Positions 62,769 to 64,000 of a DNA stretch of 64,000 nucleotides are shown here, in pieces. Numbering within the stretch: position 1 is the first letter of the stretch; each line of letters begins with the position of its first letter. Source of the DNA: an uncultured Planctomycetota bacterium (lineage in GTDB: Bacteria; Planctomycetota; Planctomycetia; Pirellulales; Lacipirellulaceae); NCBI GenBank assembly GCA_963719315.1, contig CAVRBU010000002.1, forward strand, positions 928,001 through 992,000, in the 5' to 3' direction. The notes under the pieces were generated by a model. That model worked only from the letters and a program-made list of their open reading frames with translations. It was not told the DNA's origin and did not search any database. The position numbers were made by a program, and so were the translations under genes.

Positions 62769-62960
62769 GGTAAGACTCCTGCAATAGTTCGATGCGGTTT
62801 GAGATTCGCAGATCGTGCCGTCATTCCGCGGGGCGGCAACGGCCCTAATTGTAGGAGCGGGCCAGCAAACACGCAATCTATGGAAGTTGGGCCAATAGCC
62901 CGCAAAATGAGCGTGATTTCCCAGGAGTTCGGCCATCTTGGCCGGGCAAATCAGGCTGAT

Positions 62961-63745
62961 TTACCCGTACCGAGCCATAATGCGGTCCACGCCCCATGGC
63001 GCAAGACGATTCAACAACAACCACAACCGGCTGCGATTGCCGGCAATCACCTTGTGCCGGCCGCGTTCGATTGCCCTCACGATTTCTCGAGCAACTTCAT
63101 CGGCGGGCATCCGCCGTGGGTCGCCCCAGGGCAACTCGCCTTTGTCTTCGAGCAATGTATCGAAGTGCTCACTTTCCGTTGGGCCAGGCGCGATGAGGAG
63201 TACCTCGATGCCCAGCCGCGCCAACTCCGGCCGCACGGCTTCGCTGAAACCGTGCAGCGCGAATTTGCTGGCTGAGTATTCGCTTTTGTGGGCGCGCCGC
63301 GCTCTCCGAGGATCGATCCGATGTTGACAACAAGCGGTTGTCGGCCTTCGCCGAGGAGCGGCAGCGCTTCGCGGATGAATTCAATGGGCGCAAAGAAGTT
63401 CACTTCCATGATGGGCCGCAACCGGGCCGGATCGGACTCGGCGAAGCGGCCATGCGCGGCGATGCCGGCGTTGTTAATGAGAATGTCGAGGCCGCCGAGC
63501 TCGTCGCGGGCGGCGGCGAGCGAATGTTGTCGCGCTATTGGATCCGTAACGTCGCCGGCAACGCATACCGCGCGGCGGCCTAGTTTGGCGACGTCCGCGG
63601 CGACTTCAGCAAGTCGATCCGCGCAACGCGCCAGCAGAATCAAGTCGGCGCCTCGGCGGGCGAGTTCCAATGCAAGTGCGCGGCCGATTCCGCTCGATGC
63701 GCCTGTGATGAGTGCTCGCCGGTCGGTGAGATTTCGTTTCGCCAT
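62961..63745 (-). CDS. Short-chain dehydrogenase/reductase, frameshift near 63291
   Basis: TGASSGIG, NNAG, EVNFF, YSASKFA in the shifted frame. Confidence 0.9.
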
Positions 63746-63747
63746 GT

Positions 63748-63810
63748 GTACGCCAGGCTTTCCAGCCTGACATTACACGCGGAGCGTCAGGCTGGAAAGC
63801 CTGACGTTAC
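63748..63810. repeat. GTAG-like REP doublet
   Basis: gtacgccaggctttccagcctgac / gtcaggctggaaagcctgacgttac. Confidence 0.75.
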
Positions 63811-63814
63811 GGGG

Positions 63815-64000
63815 TTAGGCCGCGCCGTCGATGGGCACATCTTTGGAAGCGGCGTGGCCGTACGTGTTTGCATGGCCATTGCCGTGTGCGCGACCATTCC
63901 TAGGTGCGAAGCCGTTTACCGGCTCCGCGCCGTCACGGACCCAATCCTGGCCATTCGCGCGGAGCTTGATCCGTGCTTCGTCGCGCGGAATTTGGCCCAA
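63815..64000 (-). CDS. C-terminal end of an unidentified upstream CDS
   Basis: Open frame from the window edge to TAA 63815; low-complexity tail. Confidence 0.45.
   Translation of the reverse strand: MGQIPRDEARIKLRANGQDWVRDGAEPVNGFAPRNGRAHGNGHANTYGHAASKDVPIDGAA

Noticed and set aside
1..64000. CRISPR array or cas genes
   Set aside because: No regularly spaced 25-40 nt direct repeats with unique spacers were seen; the repeats present are short tandem or palindromic.
63815..64000. Naming the truncated right-edge gene
   Set aside because: Only a non-conserved tail is visible.

Overview
A 64-kb GC-rich fragment from a planctomycete, probably Pirellulales/Lacipirellulaceae-like (DUF1501, DUF1549/DUF1553 cytochrome protein, an LEPLExRxLL leader, a GDYNxNGxVDAADYxVWRK dockerin-like motif, and groEL-groES-groEL). 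From left to right: (1) 1-17.7 kb, a block of secreted sulfatases, hydrolases, PhoD and an oxidoreductase, ending at a degenerate integrase tail that runs into the 3' end of tRNA-Met; (2) 18.6-32.9 kb, msrA and a Cys/His-rich heavy-metal efflux cluster (TolC, CDF-like, CzcB, CzcA, lipoprotein, FtsX-type ABC) followed by an octaheme cytochrome c; (3) 33-43.6 kb, TIGR03546/TIGR03545, HAD, an RRM protein with a structured leader, a possible AEP-fold hypothetical, an adhesin-like protein, AKR and hemH; (4) 43.7-49.5 kb, a Hen1-Pnkp RNA repair operon whose pnkp is cleanly interrupted by a 1556-bp IS (17-bp TIRs, CTAT duplication), next to tRNA-Glu; (5) csrA, a decayed HNH pair, argJ/argC, RluA, and a sigma54-type chaperone operon. 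The most notable patterns not explained by gene calls are three palindromic repeat-like in-frame insertions inside hemH, 7/9/10-mer tandem-repeat palindromes in many gene junctions, GGA-loop (CsrA-type) leaders, and about 16 frameshifts, about 14 of them at GCGC, which are probably sequencing errors at a methylated motif. All functional calls come from motif recognition by eye; no database searches were run.
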